61,219 nucleotides of DNA from Fimbriiglobus sp. (lineage in GTDB: Bacteria > Planctomycetota > Planctomycetia > Gemmatales > Gemmataceae). The notes beneath the pieces were generated by a model. It saw nothing but the letters and a program-made list of their open reading frames with translations, searched no databases and was not told the origin of the DNA. Below are positions 36,659-46,465 of this stretch, piece by piece. Positions within the stretch are counted from its first letter, which is position 1, and the number at the start of each line of letters is the position of its first letter. Location of the stretch: the NCBI GenBank assembly GCA_025362195.1, contig JANYHV010000020.1:1-61219 (forward strand), written 5' to 3'. The position numbers and the translations under genes are program-made.

Positions 36659-38389
36659 TTACTCGGACTCCGCTTTAACCGGTTGCGGCGTCCATTCCGG
36701 CGGCAATCGTTCCGGCAGGCCGGGGAGTGGGTCGAGGCCCAGGCAGTGGGCGAGGATCGGGGCGAACAACAGCGACGACACCCGCTCCGGCTGCTCGCCC
36801 AACTTCGGCACGTTCACCCCGAAGGCCAGGATCGGGACGTGCGTGTCGTACGGGTGCGGGGTGCCGTGCGTCGTGCCGGACGCGAGCTTGCCGCCGGGGT
36901 ACGTGTACGGCAGCGCAAGCAGGTACACGTCGCCGCTGCGGTCCGGGTGGAACGACAGTTGGGCGGCGCGCGCGAACGGCTCGGTCAAAGGCGGGCCGGC
37001 CAGGAGCGAGCGCGGGAAGGCGGCCTCGGCGACGTCCGGGCGGTTGCCGGCCCAGTCGGCGGCGGCCTGCTCGACGGCGGCCCGGTCCAGTTTGCTCGCG
37101 GTGATTTGCCGCTGGTTCAAGTAGACCCACGGGTAGTCGAGCCGCTCCAGCCACTGGCCCGGCTTCTCCCCCGCGCCGAACCGGGCGTCGAGGACGCCGC
37201 CGAGCGGGGCGTACGACGCGACCACGTCGAACCGCCGGGCCTCGGGGTGCGCCGGCAGGGCGCGTTCGGGCAGCGGGCAGACGCCGTGGTCGGCGCTCAG
37301 CACGAAACTCAACCGGTCGGCCCCGAGCTTGGCGGTCAGCGTGGCGACGACCTCGGCCAGGAGTTTGTCGCTGCGGACCGTCACGTCGAGGACCTCTTGC
37401 GAGTCCGGGCCGTAGGCGTGGCCGACGTAGTCGTTCGCGGAGAAGCCGAGCATGAGCAGGTCGGTGCCGCCGCGCTGGCCCAGCCCCTCGGCGTCGATCG
37501 CGGCCCGGGCGAACTCCCAGAGCAGTTCGTTGCCGAACGGGCTGGCGACGACCGCCTCGTAAGCCTTCGGCCCGCTCGCAACGCGGTGCGGGAAGACGTT
37601 CGCCGTGCTCTCGCCGGCCCCGGCATCCGGCCCGGCGTGCAGGTCGTACACGGCCGGGTCGAGCAGCCGCGTCCAGTCGTGCCCCACCATCCGCTCGGCC
37701 GGCTTGTCGGCGTTGAACTTCTCGGCCCAGGCCGGCAGGCGGTCGCGGTAGTACCCGGACGTGGCGAACTGGCCGTTCCCGGCGTCGAACCAGTACGCTG
37801 CCGTCGGCGACTTACCGCCCATCAGCACCGCCGCGCGGTCCTTGAGGGCCATGCTGAAGACGCGGCCCTTGTTGGCGGCGACGAGCGCGTCGCCGACCGT
37901 GTTCGAGAGCAGGCGGTCGGGGGACTGGCTGCCGCCGGCCGCGGGGTCGGCCCCGCCGAGCGACGGGACGCGGTCGTACGCGCGGTCGGCGGTCGCGCAC
38001 ACGACGACCTTGTTGCGGCCCCGGTCGAACCAGGCGTTATCGACGATGCCGTGGACCCGCGGTGGCTGACCGGTACTCAGCGACGCGTGGCCGGGGCCGG
38101 TCGTCGTGACGGCGTAGGGGATGTGCGCCCGGCTGTACCACGCCCCGCCGGCCTTGAGCTTCTCGAACCCGTCCGGGCCGAACAGCTTTTGCCAGCGGTC
38201 GAGGTAGTCCCCGCGGAGTTGGTCGAACACGACGACGACGACGAGCCGCCCGCCGGTGTCCTCGGGGGGCGGCTCGTCGTCGCCGAACTGCCGGACGACG
38301 AACACGATCCCGGCGGCGACCAGCGCGACGACCGGGAGGAGGATGACGACGCCCCGCAGGGCCGGTCCGACGCGCACGACGCACTCCAC
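36659..38389 (-). CDS. Alkaline phosphatase superfamily protein (PafA/NPP-like)
   Basis: VVFDQLRGDY, TTTGPGHASLSTG (Thr nucleophile), KDRAA, DYVGHAYGP, SADHG, HGTPHPYD. Confidence 0.92.
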   Translation of the reverse strand: MECVVRVGPALRGVVILLPVVALVAAGIVFVVRQFGDDEPPPEDTGGRLVVVVVFDQLRGDYLDRWQKLFGPDGFEKLKAGGAWYSRAHIPYAVTTTGPGHASLSTGQPPRVHGIVDNAWFDRGRNKVVVCATADRAYDRVPSLGGADPAAGGSQSPDRLLSNTVGDALVAANKGRVFSMALKDRAAVLMGGKSPTAAYWFDAGNGQFATSGYYRDRLPAWAEKFNADKPAERMVGHDWTRLLDPAVYDLHAGPDAGAGESTANVFPHRVASGPKAYEAVVASPFGNELLWEFARAAIDAEGLGQRGGTDLLMLGFSANDYVGHAYGPDSQEVLDVTVRSDKLLAEVVATLTAKLGADRLSFVLSADHGVCPLPERALPAHPEARRFDVVASYAPLGGVLDARFGAGEKPGQWLERLDYPWVYLNQRQITASKLDRAAVEQAAADWAGNRPDVAEAAFPRSLLAGPPLTEPFARAAQLSFHPDRSGDVYLLALPYTYPGGKLASGTTHGTPHPYDTHVPILAFGVNVPKLGEQPERVSSLLFAPILAHCLGLDPLPGLPERLPPEWTPQPVKAESE

Positions 38390-38398
38390 TCGAACACG

Positions 38399-39619
38399 TT
38401 ACTGGGCCAGTTTGACGGCGATCAATTCCTTGTCGTCCCGCACGTACACGACGCCGTCCGCCAGCGCCGGGTGCGCCCACGTCTCCCGGCAGACCTTCGC
38501 CTTGGCGAGTTCCTTGTACCCGGCCGCGTCGGGTTGGATCAGCGTCAGGTTGCCCAGGTCGTCGAGCATGAGTAGCTTGGCGTCGGCGGTGCGGACGAGG
38601 GCGGCGTGGTACTTGCCGACCTTCGGCTTCTCCCAGCGGGCCTTGCCGGTCAGCGAATCGACGCACCGCAGTGTGATCGAGGCGTTCACGAGCGACGCCT
38701 GGCCGTTGATCATGTACAGGTCGGTCCCGACCGGCACCGGGGTCGAGAAGTAGCACGTCAACGCGGCGTTCTTCCAAACCTGCTCCGGCTTCTGGCCCTC
38801 GGCCGTGGGCAGTTTCAAGCCGACGCTGCCGGCCGTGACGCTGCTGGCGACGATCAGGTCGCCGACGCGGACGGGGGTCGTCGAGCTTTCGTTCAGCCGG
38901 TCCTTGAAGGGGAAGGACCAGAGCAATTTTCCGTCCGGGGCCAGCGACCGCACGTGCGTGCCGGTCAGCAGGACGAGTTGCTTCGGGTCAGTCGCCAGCA
39001 GGGTCGGCCCGGCGTAACTGGCCGGGTCGCTGGTCGCCTTCCACGCGACCTTGCCGGTGGTTTTGTCGAAGGCGACGACCCCGGCGTCCGGGCCGCCGAC
39101 CATGACGACGACGGTGTCGCCGACGACGATCGGCGACGTGCTGACGCCGAAGAACAGGTTCTTCGCGGCGAAGTCGGCGAGGGTCTCGACCTTCCAGACC
39201 ACGTCCCCGGACTTGGCGTCCCAGCAGGCGAGGACGCCGGTGTTGCCCAGCGTGTAGACGCGGCCGGCGTCCACGGCCGGGGTGCCGCGCGGGCCGTTGC
39301 CGAACGGCGGGGTGAAGGCGGCCCGGGGGTAGCTCTTCGTCCAGAGGTTTTCGCCGGTGTCCGCCTTGAACGCCGCGAGCGCGTCCTCGTTCTTGTTCGC
39401 CGGCTTGAAGAAGGCGTACACGACCCCGCCGGCGACGACCGGCGAACTGTGCGCCTCCCCGAGCGGTTGCCGCCACAGCACTTTGGGCGGCGCGGTCCAC
39501 GGGGCGACGGTCTCGGTCGAGACGCTGTCGCGCGTCGGCCCGAGGAACTGCGGCCAGTCGGCGGCGCTCGCCGCCCCCGCCGTCAGCGTGAGTCCGGTGA
39601 ACAGGAGCGTGCGGAACAT
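38399..39619 (-). CDS. PQQ-like beta-propeller repeat protein (secreted)
   Basis: ADWPQFLGP, repeated xxDxxTGxxxW units, TWAHPALADG. Confidence 0.9.
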   Translation of the reverse strand: MFRTLLFTGLTLTAGAASAADWPQFLGPTRDSVSTETVAPWTAPPKVLWRQPLGEAHSSPVVAGGVVYAFFKPANKNEDALAAFKADTGENLWTKSYPRAAFTPPFGNGPRGTPAVDAGRVYTLGNTGVLACWDAKSGDVVWKVETLADFAAKNLFFGVSTSPIVVGDTVVVMVGGPDAGVVAFDKTTGKVAWKATSDPASYAGPTLLATDPKQLVLLTGTHVRSLAPDGKLLWSFPFKDRLNESSTTPVRVGDLIVASSVTAGSVGLKLPTAEGQKPEQVWKNAALTCYFSTPVPVGTDLYMINGQASLVNASITLRCVDSLTGKARWEKPKVGKYHAALVRTADAKLLMLDDLGNLTLIQPDAAGYKELAKAKVCRETWAHPALADGVVYVRDDKELIAVKLAQ

Positions 39620-39629
39620 CGGTGCGTCC

Positions 39630-40073
39630 TTACGTGACGGGCAGCGGGATGCGGGACGGGGCCGGGCGTTCGGGCAGGTTCAAAAAGTGGTGCAGGGGGG
39701 CGTACTCCCACGGGGCGTCGAACTCGTCGGCCAGCCGCTTCAATTTCTTGACCGCCGCCTCGGTGATGGCGTTGCCGGTCTCGGTGTACGCCTCGTCGCA
39801 GAAGTAGATGCGGCACCCCAGCGGCCGGGGGTCGCGGGTCGTACACAGGCCATTCACCTGAAACGGGCACGACTCGCGGCCGACCGGGGTGGCGTACTCG
39901 GGAGCGGCTTCGAGCAGGATGTCGGCCTCGAACCGGCTCAGGAACAGCGTGTGCCCGTACTCGGCGAACCGGCAGCACTTGCCCGACGCCACGCAGCGCG
40001 GGGCCGCGGCGGCGACGGCGGCGTCCACCTCCGCGTACACGTCCAACACCCGCTCGCGCAACGTCTCGGCCAT
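39630..40073 (-). CDS. YkgJ-family Cys-cluster (putative Fe-S/Zn) protein
   Basis: CVASGKCC, CPF....C, RPLGCRIYFC. Confidence 0.8.
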   Translation of the reverse strand: MAETLRERVLDVYAEVDAAVAAAAPRCVASGKCCRFAEYGHTLFLSRFEADILLEAAPEYATPVGRESCPFQVNGLCTTRDPRPLGCRIYFCDEAYTETGNAITEAAVKKLKRLADEFDAPWEYAPLHHFLNLPERPAPSRIPLPVT

Positions 40074-40079
40074 ACGCCC

Positions 40080-40520
40080 CTACATCTTGATGACTTTGAG
40101 CCGGGCCGTGATCTCTTCGACCGTGATGAGCTGGCCCTCGCCGGACCCGGGGCAGATCTCGACCGCCTGCTGCCAGGCCTCGGGCGTGCTCAGGTTGCTC
40201 TCCCAGAACGGCCACGTCCGGCACTGCCGCGGCCGAACCCGGTACACGGTACACCCCTTCTGGCGGTCGTAAAAGACGCAATCGCCGTTCTCCTTTTCGC
40301 GCAGCGTCCGCCGGCCCTTGGCCATCTTCGTGTGCAGCGCGACGAACTCGTTCTCGCGCTCGCCCCGGGCCGCCGCCAGCGCCGTCACCTCGGCGTCGTC
40401 CACCCAGACGTACCCCGGGTCGCCGGTGCAGCACTTGCCGCACTGCGTGCAGGTGAACTTCAGGCCGCCGGCGTACCAGGCCTTGTCCGGCTTCGGCTCG
40501 TCGCGTTCGATCTCGGGCAT
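40080..40520 (-). CDS. YkgJ-family Cys-cluster (putative Fe-S/Zn) protein
   Basis: FTCTQCGKCC, CVFY...GCTVY..RPRQCRTWPFW, CPG. Confidence 0.88.
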   Translation of the reverse strand: MPEIERDEPKPDKAWYAGGLKFTCTQCGKCCTGDPGYVWVDDAEVTALAAARGERENEFVALHTKMAKGRRTLREKENGDCVFYDRQKGCTVYRVRPRQCRTWPFWESNLSTPEAWQQAVEICPGSGEGQLITVEEITARLKVIKM

Positions 40521-40525
40521 TCGCG

Positions 40526-41020
40526 TCAGTCCAGCGTGTAGGGGGAGTTCGCGTTCGCCTCGTGGCGGATTTCGTCGACCGCGTCCTGCTTCAACCACCC
40601 GGCGTACAGGCGGTTCGCGCCGTTGAACACCCAGCCGTCCTGGGTGCCGACGTTCTTGTACGCGTGGACGACGCCGGCCGGGACGATCAGCGCGTACGGC
40701 GAGTCCGCCCCGACCTCGCGGACCTCTTTCGCCCCGAACGTCGGGGACGCGGGCCGGGCGTCCCATAAATAGACGCGGAAGGTCGAGGGGCCGATGAAGC
40801 AAAAGTAATCGGCCTGATCGGCGTGCTCGTGCGGCCCCCGCTCGACCCCCGGCTTGGTCATCGACACGTAGGCCATGACCGGCTGGAATTTGGGGTCGAT
40901 GAGGTCGTTGCGGAACAGTTCGGCGAGCCACCCCCGCGAGTCGTTGAAGAACTTGAGCGGCACCCACTTGATGTCGCGGATCGGCGAGGCTTCGACGTAC
41001 TTCGGCAAGTCAACCTTCAT
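40526..41020 (-). CDS. dTDP-4-dehydrorhamnose 3,5-epimerase-like (RmlC cupin) protein
   Basis: DSRGWLAELFR, S.TKPGV.RGPH.H, WDARPASPTFG, VPAGVVHAY. Confidence 0.85.
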   Translation of the reverse strand: MKVDLPKYVEASPIRDIKWVPLKFFNDSRGWLAELFRNDLIDPKFQPVMAYVSMTKPGVERGPHEHADQADYFCFIGPSTFRVYLWDARPASPTFGAKEVREVGADSPYALIVPAGVVHAYKNVGTQDGWVFNGANRLYAGWLKQDAVDEIRHEANANSPYTLD

Positions 41021-41087
41021 CGCGGGCTTCCTGGACGGGCGCGGGCAGTTAAAGGATTGTCGAACCCGGAGGCGGGCGCGTCAACCG

Positions 41088-42068
41088 TCACTCCAGATCG
41101 ATGAGCACCAGGCCGCCCTCGCCGGCGACGGCCAGGGTCAGGCAGTCCGGGGAGAACGCGAGCGCGTGAACGGGGCCGAGGTTCCAGTCGTACGCCGCGC
41201 GGGCCGCCCCGCCGTGCGGCTCCCACAGCAGCACCCGGCCGTCGAGTCCGGCGGACGCGATCAGCGACCCGTCCGGCTTGTACGCGACCGCCTCGACCCC
41301 CCCGGCGTGCCCGGCGAAGTCCCGCACCTCCCGGCCCCCGCCCGTCTCCCACACGGTGACGAACTCGCCCCGACAGCCGGCGAGTCGGTCCCCGGTCGGA
41401 CTCAGCGACAGCGAGTGAACGTGCCCGCGGGCGGCGTACCCGGGAGGCACCGTCCGGGCGTCGAGCCGGCCGACGCGGACGTACTCACGGCTCGCCACCG
41501 CGACCGTGTCGCCGTCGCGCGACAGGGCGAGCGCAGTCACATTGACGCGTTGATTGAGCCACGACTTGACTTGCATGGGCCGCGGGTCGATCTGCCACAA
41601 CTCGGGGCGGCCGACCGGCTCGTGGTAAGGGGACCGCTCGTAGTGCGTGTAAGCGAACGAGTTGCCGTCGGGTCGAAACTGGAGATCGACAATCGTATCG
41701 CAGGCGCGGACGACGAGTTCCTGAATGACCGGCCCGCTCGCCAACCGCTCGACGCGGTGCCACATGCTCCGGTCGTCATCGAACGCCTCGCTCGGTTTAC
41801 CGGTCCCGAGGTTCCAGAACCGCAGGCGGTCGGACGTGTCACGGAGCGCGAGCGGATAGTGGTAACCGGTCAGCAAGCGCTCGCCGTCCGGGTGGCAGGC
41901 GACCGACAGGACCGAGGTGAAGCCGGGCCAGAGGGTGAACTTGGGGCGGGCGGTGTCGCGGTCCCAGACGATGATCTTGCCGTCGTCGCCGCCGGACACG
42001 AGGGTGCCGCCGTCGGGCGTGAAGGCGACGCAGCGGACCGCCTGGGTGTGGCCGACGAACGGCATCAT
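41088..42068 (-). CDS. WD40 repeat protein
   Basis: GHTQAVRCVAFTPDG.TLVSGGDDGKIIVWD and GHAGGVEAVAYKPDGSLIASAGLDG. Confidence 0.9.
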   Translation of the reverse strand: MMPFVGHTQAVRCVAFTPDGGTLVSGGDDGKIIVWDRDTARPKFTLWPGFTSVLSVACHPDGERLLTGYHYPLALRDTSDRLRFWNLGTGKPSEAFDDDRSMWHRVERLASGPVIQELVVRACDTIVDLQFRPDGNSFAYTHYERSPYHEPVGRPELWQIDPRPMQVKSWLNQRVNVTALALSRDGDTVAVASREYVRVGRLDARTVPPGYAARGHVHSLSLSPTGDRLAGCRGEFVTVWETGGGREVRDFAGHAGGVEAVAYKPDGSLIASAGLDGRVLLWEPHGGAARAAYDWNLGPVHALAFSPDCLTLAVAGEGGLVLIDLE

Positions 42069-42087
42069 CGCGGCGAGACCTCAGTTG

Positions 42088-44667
42088 TTACGCGCCCTCG
42101 CCGAACAGGCTCGGACCGGCCTCGTCGCGGCGCTTGCGGGGGCGCTCCGGCGGCTCGATCACGATCGGCGTCACCGGCACCGCCTTGACCTTCGGCGCGG
42201 CGACCGGCTTCGGCGTCACCGGCACTTCGACGACCGACGGGAGTGCCACTTGAACCGGGGCGTGCGGCCGGGGCGTCGGCGGGCCTTCGAGCGAACCGAG
42301 TACGGCGTAGGCCCGGTCGAGGACCGACTTCGGGACGCCGGCCAGTTTGGCGACGTGGACGCCGAAGCTCTTGAGCGCGTTGCCCGGCGCGATCTTGTGC
42401 AGGAAGATCACGTCGTCGGCCAACTCCTCGACCTGCACCGTGTAGTTGCGCAGTCGCGGCAGGGTCGTTTCGAGCCGCGCGAGTTCGTGGTAGTGCGTGG
42501 CGAACAGTGCCCGGCAGCCGACGGTGTCGTGCAGGTATTCGGTGATGGCCCATGCCAGCGACACGCCGTCGTAGGTGCTCGTGCCGCGGCCGATCTCGTC
42601 GAGGATGACCAGGCTGCGGCTCGTGGCGTTGTTCAGGATGTTCGCCGCCTCGGTCATCTCGACCATGAACGTACTCTGGCCGCGGCTCAACTCGTCGCTC
42701 GCGCCGACGCGGGTGAAGATGCGGTCGGTCAGGCCGACCGTCGCCGACTTGGCCGGGACGAAGCTGCCGACGTGGGCTAGGAGCGTGAGCAACGCGACCT
42801 GGCGGATGAACGTGCTCTTGCCGCTCATGTTCGGCCCGGTGATGAGCCAGAAGACGCCCTCGGCCGGGTGGAAGCGGATGTCGTTCGGCACGAACGTGCC
42901 CGGCGGCAACACCTGGTCGAGGACCGGGTGCCGCGCCTCGGACGCGAGCAGGATCGGCTCGGTGACGATGGTCGGCCGCACGTAGTTCCGGCTGGCCGCG
43001 AGTTCGGCGAGCGAGGTCAGGAAGTCGAGCAGCGCCAACAGGTCGGCCGTCTGGAGCAGCCGCGAAGTCTGCGCGGCGACCTGGTCGCGGATGCCCAGGA
43101 ACAGCTCGAATTCCAGGGCCTGCGACCGCTCCTGGGCGGTGACGACCTTCTCCTCGTACTCCTTCAAGCGCGGCGTGCTGTACCGCTTACAGCCCTTCAA
43201 CGTCCGCTCGTGGATGTACTCCTTCGGCACCCGCGTCTCGTTGGCGTTGGTGATCTCGATGTAGTAGCCCATCACGTCGTTGAAGCCGACCTTGAGGCTG
43301 GCGATGGCCGTGGCGGTGATCTCCTGGGCCTGGTAGCGGGCGATCCAGTCCTTGCCGTCGCGGGTGAGCTTGCGCAGCTCGTCGAGTTCGGCGTGGTAGC
43401 CCTCGCGCAGGATGCCGCCGTCCTTGGGCGTGTACGGCGGCTCGTCGACGAGCGAGCGGTCGAGCAGGTCGCGCAAGTCCGGGCAGAGTTCGAGCCGGCC
43501 CTCGACCTCTTGCAAGAGCCCCGACTTGCGGCCGGCGAGCTTGCCCTTGAACTTGGGCAGCAGCCGCAATGTCCGGGCAATCGCCGCCAAGTCCTTGGGG
43601 TTCGCGCGGGCCGTCGAGGCGCGCGTGGTTAGCCGTTGCAAGTCCGACGTGGCTTCCAACAACTCGCGCAGTTGGCCGCGCAGCGGGTGATTCAACAACA
43701 ACTCTTCGACGGCGTCGAGCCGGGCTTCGATCAACGGCCGGTCGTTCAGTGGCGCGAGCAGGGCGTCGTGCAGGAAGCGTGCGCCCATCGGCGTGACGGT
43801 GCGGTCGAGGACGCCGATGAGCGAGCCTTCGCGCTGGTTGTCGCGCAGGGTCCGCGTCAGTTCGAGGCTCCGCCGCGTCACCTCGTCGAGGATCAGGGTT
43901 TGTTCGGGGCGGTACGGCTGGAGCCGGCGGATGTGGCCGAGGTTGGCCTTCAACGTCTCCTGCACGTAGACGAGCAGCCCGCCGGCGGCGACGAGGGCCG
44001 ACTGGCCGTCGTCGAAGCCGAAGCCGGACATCGTCGCCACGGCGAAGTGCGTGCGGAGGGCGGCGTTGGACGTCGCCGGGTCGAAGTTCCAGGCCGGCCG
44101 GGACACGAGCGACCGCGGCGGGTTCGGCCCGAGGACCGGCGTCAGGACGGCGACGGCGTCCTCGGCCAGCAGGCACTCGACGACGCCGAGCCGGGCGAGT
44201 TCGTCGGGCAGGAACTTCTCGGCCAGATCGACGGCGAAGAAGGCCCCCGTCGAGAGGTCGATCCAGGCTAGGCCGTAGGAGCCGGGCTTGCCGCGTACGA
44301 CCGCCGCGAGGTGGTTGGGCCGCCGCGGGTCGAGCAGTTCGTCCTCGGTCACGGTGCCCGGCGTGACGACCCGGTTGACCTCCCGGCGGATGATCTTCTT
44401 GCCGGCGCTGGCCTCCTCCATCTGCTCGCACACGGCGACCCGGTGCCCGCCCTTGAGCAAGACGTTGAGGTAGTGTTCGAGCTTGTGGACGGGGAAGCCG
44501 GCCATCGGGATGAGGTTGTCGCGCTTGGTCAGCGTGATGCCCAGGACGCGGTGCCCGAGTTCGGCGTCGTCCTGGAAGAGTTCGTAGAAGTCGCCGTTGC
44601 GGAACAGCACCAGCATCCCGGGGTGTTGCGCCTTCGCCTCGGCGTACTGCTGCATCATCGGCGTCAT
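42088..44667 (-). CDS. mutS: DNA mismatch repair protein MutS
   Basis: TPMMQQY, FRNGDFYELF, ITGPNMSGKST, DRIFTRVGASD, STFMVEM, ILDEIGRGTST, FATHYHEL. Confidence 0.98.
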   Translation of the reverse strand: MTPMMQQYAEAKAQHPGMLVLFRNGDFYELFQDDAELGHRVLGITLTKRDNLIPMAGFPVHKLEHYLNVLLKGGHRVAVCEQMEEASAGKKIIRREVNRVVTPGTVTEDELLDPRRPNHLAAVVRGKPGSYGLAWIDLSTGAFFAVDLAEKFLPDELARLGVVECLLAEDAVAVLTPVLGPNPPRSLVSRPAWNFDPATSNAALRTHFAVATMSGFGFDDGQSALVAAGGLLVYVQETLKANLGHIRRLQPYRPEQTLILDEVTRRSLELTRTLRDNQREGSLIGVLDRTVTPMGARFLHDALLAPLNDRPLIEARLDAVEELLLNHPLRGQLRELLEATSDLQRLTTRASTARANPKDLAAIARTLRLLPKFKGKLAGRKSGLLQEVEGRLELCPDLRDLLDRSLVDEPPYTPKDGGILREGYHAELDELRKLTRDGKDWIARYQAQEITATAIASLKVGFNDVMGYYIEITNANETRVPKEYIHERTLKGCKRYSTPRLKEYEEKVVTAQERSQALEFELFLGIRDQVAAQTSRLLQTADLLALLDFLTSLAELAASRNYVRPTIVTEPILLASEARHPVLDQVLPPGTFVPNDIRFHPAEGVFWLITGPNMSGKSTFIRQVALLTLLAHVGSFVPAKSATVGLTDRIFTRVGASDELSRGQSTFMVEMTEAANILNNATSRSLVILDEIGRGTSTYDGVSLAWAITEYLHDTVGCRALFATHYHELARLETTLPRLRNYTVQVEELADDVIFLHKIAPGNALKSFGVHVAKLAGVPKSVLDRAYAVLGSLEGPPTPRPHAPVQVALPSVVEVPVTPKPVAAPKVKAVPVTPIVIEPPERPRKRRDEAGPSLFGEGA

Positions 44668-44707
44668 GCGACCGTCCGTTCGACGGAGGAAGTGGGTGGG
44701 CGGCGGG

Positions 44708-45133
44708 TCACGACGCGGTGCGGACTTTCGCCATGCTCATGCAGTTGCCGCGGCCGTGGTACTCGACCGTCGTCATGAACTTGCGGATGAGCAACAGCCC
44801 GCGGCCGGACGGGCGTTCGAGGTTTTCCGGGGCGCACGGGTCGGGCACGTGGGCCGGGTCGAACCCGCACCCCTCGTCGGCGATGTGCGCCTCGAACCGG
44901 TCGGCCGTGATCGTGTACCGCAGGCGGACGCACTTCAACGGGTCGAGGCGGTTGCCGTGCTTGACCGCGTTGACGAGGGCTTCTTCGAGTGCGATCTTGA
45001 TGTAAAACTGGTCCCGGTCCGGGAAGGCGAACGGGGCCAGCGCCTGCTCGATCTCGCGCTGCACCCGGCGGACTTCGGGCCAGTCGCTGGCGAAGCAGAT
45101 CTCGGCGACGGTTTCGAGGTCGGACTCGGGCAT
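44708..45133 (-). CDS. RsbW/SpoIIAB-like anti-sigma factor / Ser kinase (HATPase)
   Basis: IALEEALVNAVKHGN, IADEGCGFD, SGRGLLLI. Alternative GTG start at 45142. Confidence 0.9.
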   Translation of the reverse strand: MPESDLETVAEICFASDWPEVRRVQREIEQALAPFAFPDRDQFYIKIALEEALVNAVKHGNRLDPLKCVRLRYTITADRFEAHIADEGCGFDPAHVPDPCAPENLERPSGRGLLLIRKFMTTVEYHGRGNCMSMAKVRTAS

Positions 45134-45163
45134 GGCGGCCACCGCGGGGACTCGGCGGGGGCG

Positions 45164-45523
45164 TCAGAATGCGTTCAGGCCGGTCTGCTCGTCCTTGACG
45201 ATCTTGAGCATCTTGTCCAGCTTGGTCAGCTCGAAGATCTCCATGATCGTCTTGGAGATGCCGCACAGGATCAGCTTGCCCCCGCCGGTCGCCAGCCGCT
45301 GGTGCAGGCGGATCAACTTGCCGAGGGCGGCACTGGACAGGAACTCGACGGTCGTGAAGTCGAGCAGCAGTTTCTTGCGGCCCAACTCGTCCACGAGTTT
45401 GAACAGGTCGTCGCCGATGTTCTGGATCGCCTGCTCTTCGAGGATTTTCTTGTCCGTGAACTTGACGACGGTCACGTCGCCGATGTCCTCGAACGTGATG
45501 CGGGGGCGGCGGGCGGTCGACAT
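45164..45523 (-). CDS. STAS domain anti-anti-sigma factor (RsbV/SpoIIAA-like)
   Basis: LLLDFTTVEFLSSAALGKL (phospho-Ser region), EIFELTKLD. Confidence 0.92.
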   Translation of the reverse strand: MSTARRPRITFEDIGDVTVVKFTDKKILEEQAIQNIGDDLFKLVDELGRKKLLLDFTTVEFLSSAALGKLIRLHQRLATGGGKLILCGISKTIMEIFELTKLDKMLKIVKDEQTGLNAF

Positions 45524-45679
45524 GGCGGAGTCCTCGGCGAGGCGGCGAGCGGGGCGTTGGGGCGGAAACGGGGGACCCCAGAACCTTCCCGGAATTGTCC
45601 TCCCGGCGCGGCGAGTGTCAACCCGGCCGCGCGGATTTTGCGGCGGAAATCCCGGCCCGGTCGCGCCAACCGGCCCGCG

Positions 45680-46363
45680 TTACGGCACCGTCGGCAACGG
45701 GATGGCCCGCCCGCCGGGGATCGCCGGTTGCCCGGCGTACTCCGGCTCCATGGCGTCCAACTCGGCGATCATGTCGTCGCCGAAGTACCAGCGGATGTCG
45801 TCCCGGGAGGCGCGGTAAATGGTCGGCCCCGGCCCCTGGCAGACGAGTTCGTCTTCGAGGTCGAACTCGTAGGCGGGGCACAGCACGCCCTTGTCGAAGG
45901 ACGCCGGGAAGAGCAGGCAGACCATCGGCTTGATGGTGTGCACGTCGATGCCGCGCTCCAGGGCGAAGCGGTGGATGCGGCAACCGCGGCCGGCCGGGTC
46001 GAGGAACACGCACGCCCACTCGTTGTGCTCCGACCGGCCTTCCGGGAGATCGACGACCTGCGTCCGCGTGTACCGCCCGCCGGGGTACTCCGGCTCGTCG
46101 AGCGTGCCGAAGTCCTCGGGGTCTTCGCGGAACCACTCCGACCGCGGCACGCCCAGGTAGGCTTCGAGTTCCGGCTGGAACTTCTCGAGGGCGGCGACCC
46201 GGGGCAACTCGGTGTCCGCCCCGTACTGGCAGCACGCGTCCGAGCAGAAGGTGCAGTCCATGCACGCGGCGAAGTACGTCAACTGGAAGATGCGCGGATC
46301 GACCTCGGCGATGACGGGTGCCCCGAAGGTGCAGGTGTACGCGCGAGAGAGCGGGCGGGCCAT
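45680..46363 (-). CDS. Cys-rich putative Fe-S protein (YkgJ/DUF3109-like)
   Basis: CMDC..CSDACCQYG, ACVFLD...GCRIH, KPMVCLLFP. Confidence 0.75.
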   Translation of the reverse strand: MARPLSRAYTCTFGAPVIAEVDPRIFQLTYFAACMDCTFCSDACCQYGADTELPRVAALEKFQPELEAYLGVPRSEWFREDPEDFGTLDEPEYPGGRYTRTQVVDLPEGRSEHNEWACVFLDPAGRGCRIHRFALERGIDVHTIKPMVCLLFPASFDKGVLCPAYEFDLEDELVCQGPGPTIYRASRDDIRWYFGDDMIAELDAMEPEYAGQPAIPGGRAIPLPTVP

Positions 46364-46465
46364 CCGGGTCGCTTCCGAGTAGGAGTTCCGCCGGGGCGGC
46401 GGGGGACGGGGGCGAAATCTGTTGTGACCATACGCGGACTGCGCGGCAACAGCAACCGGGTAATC

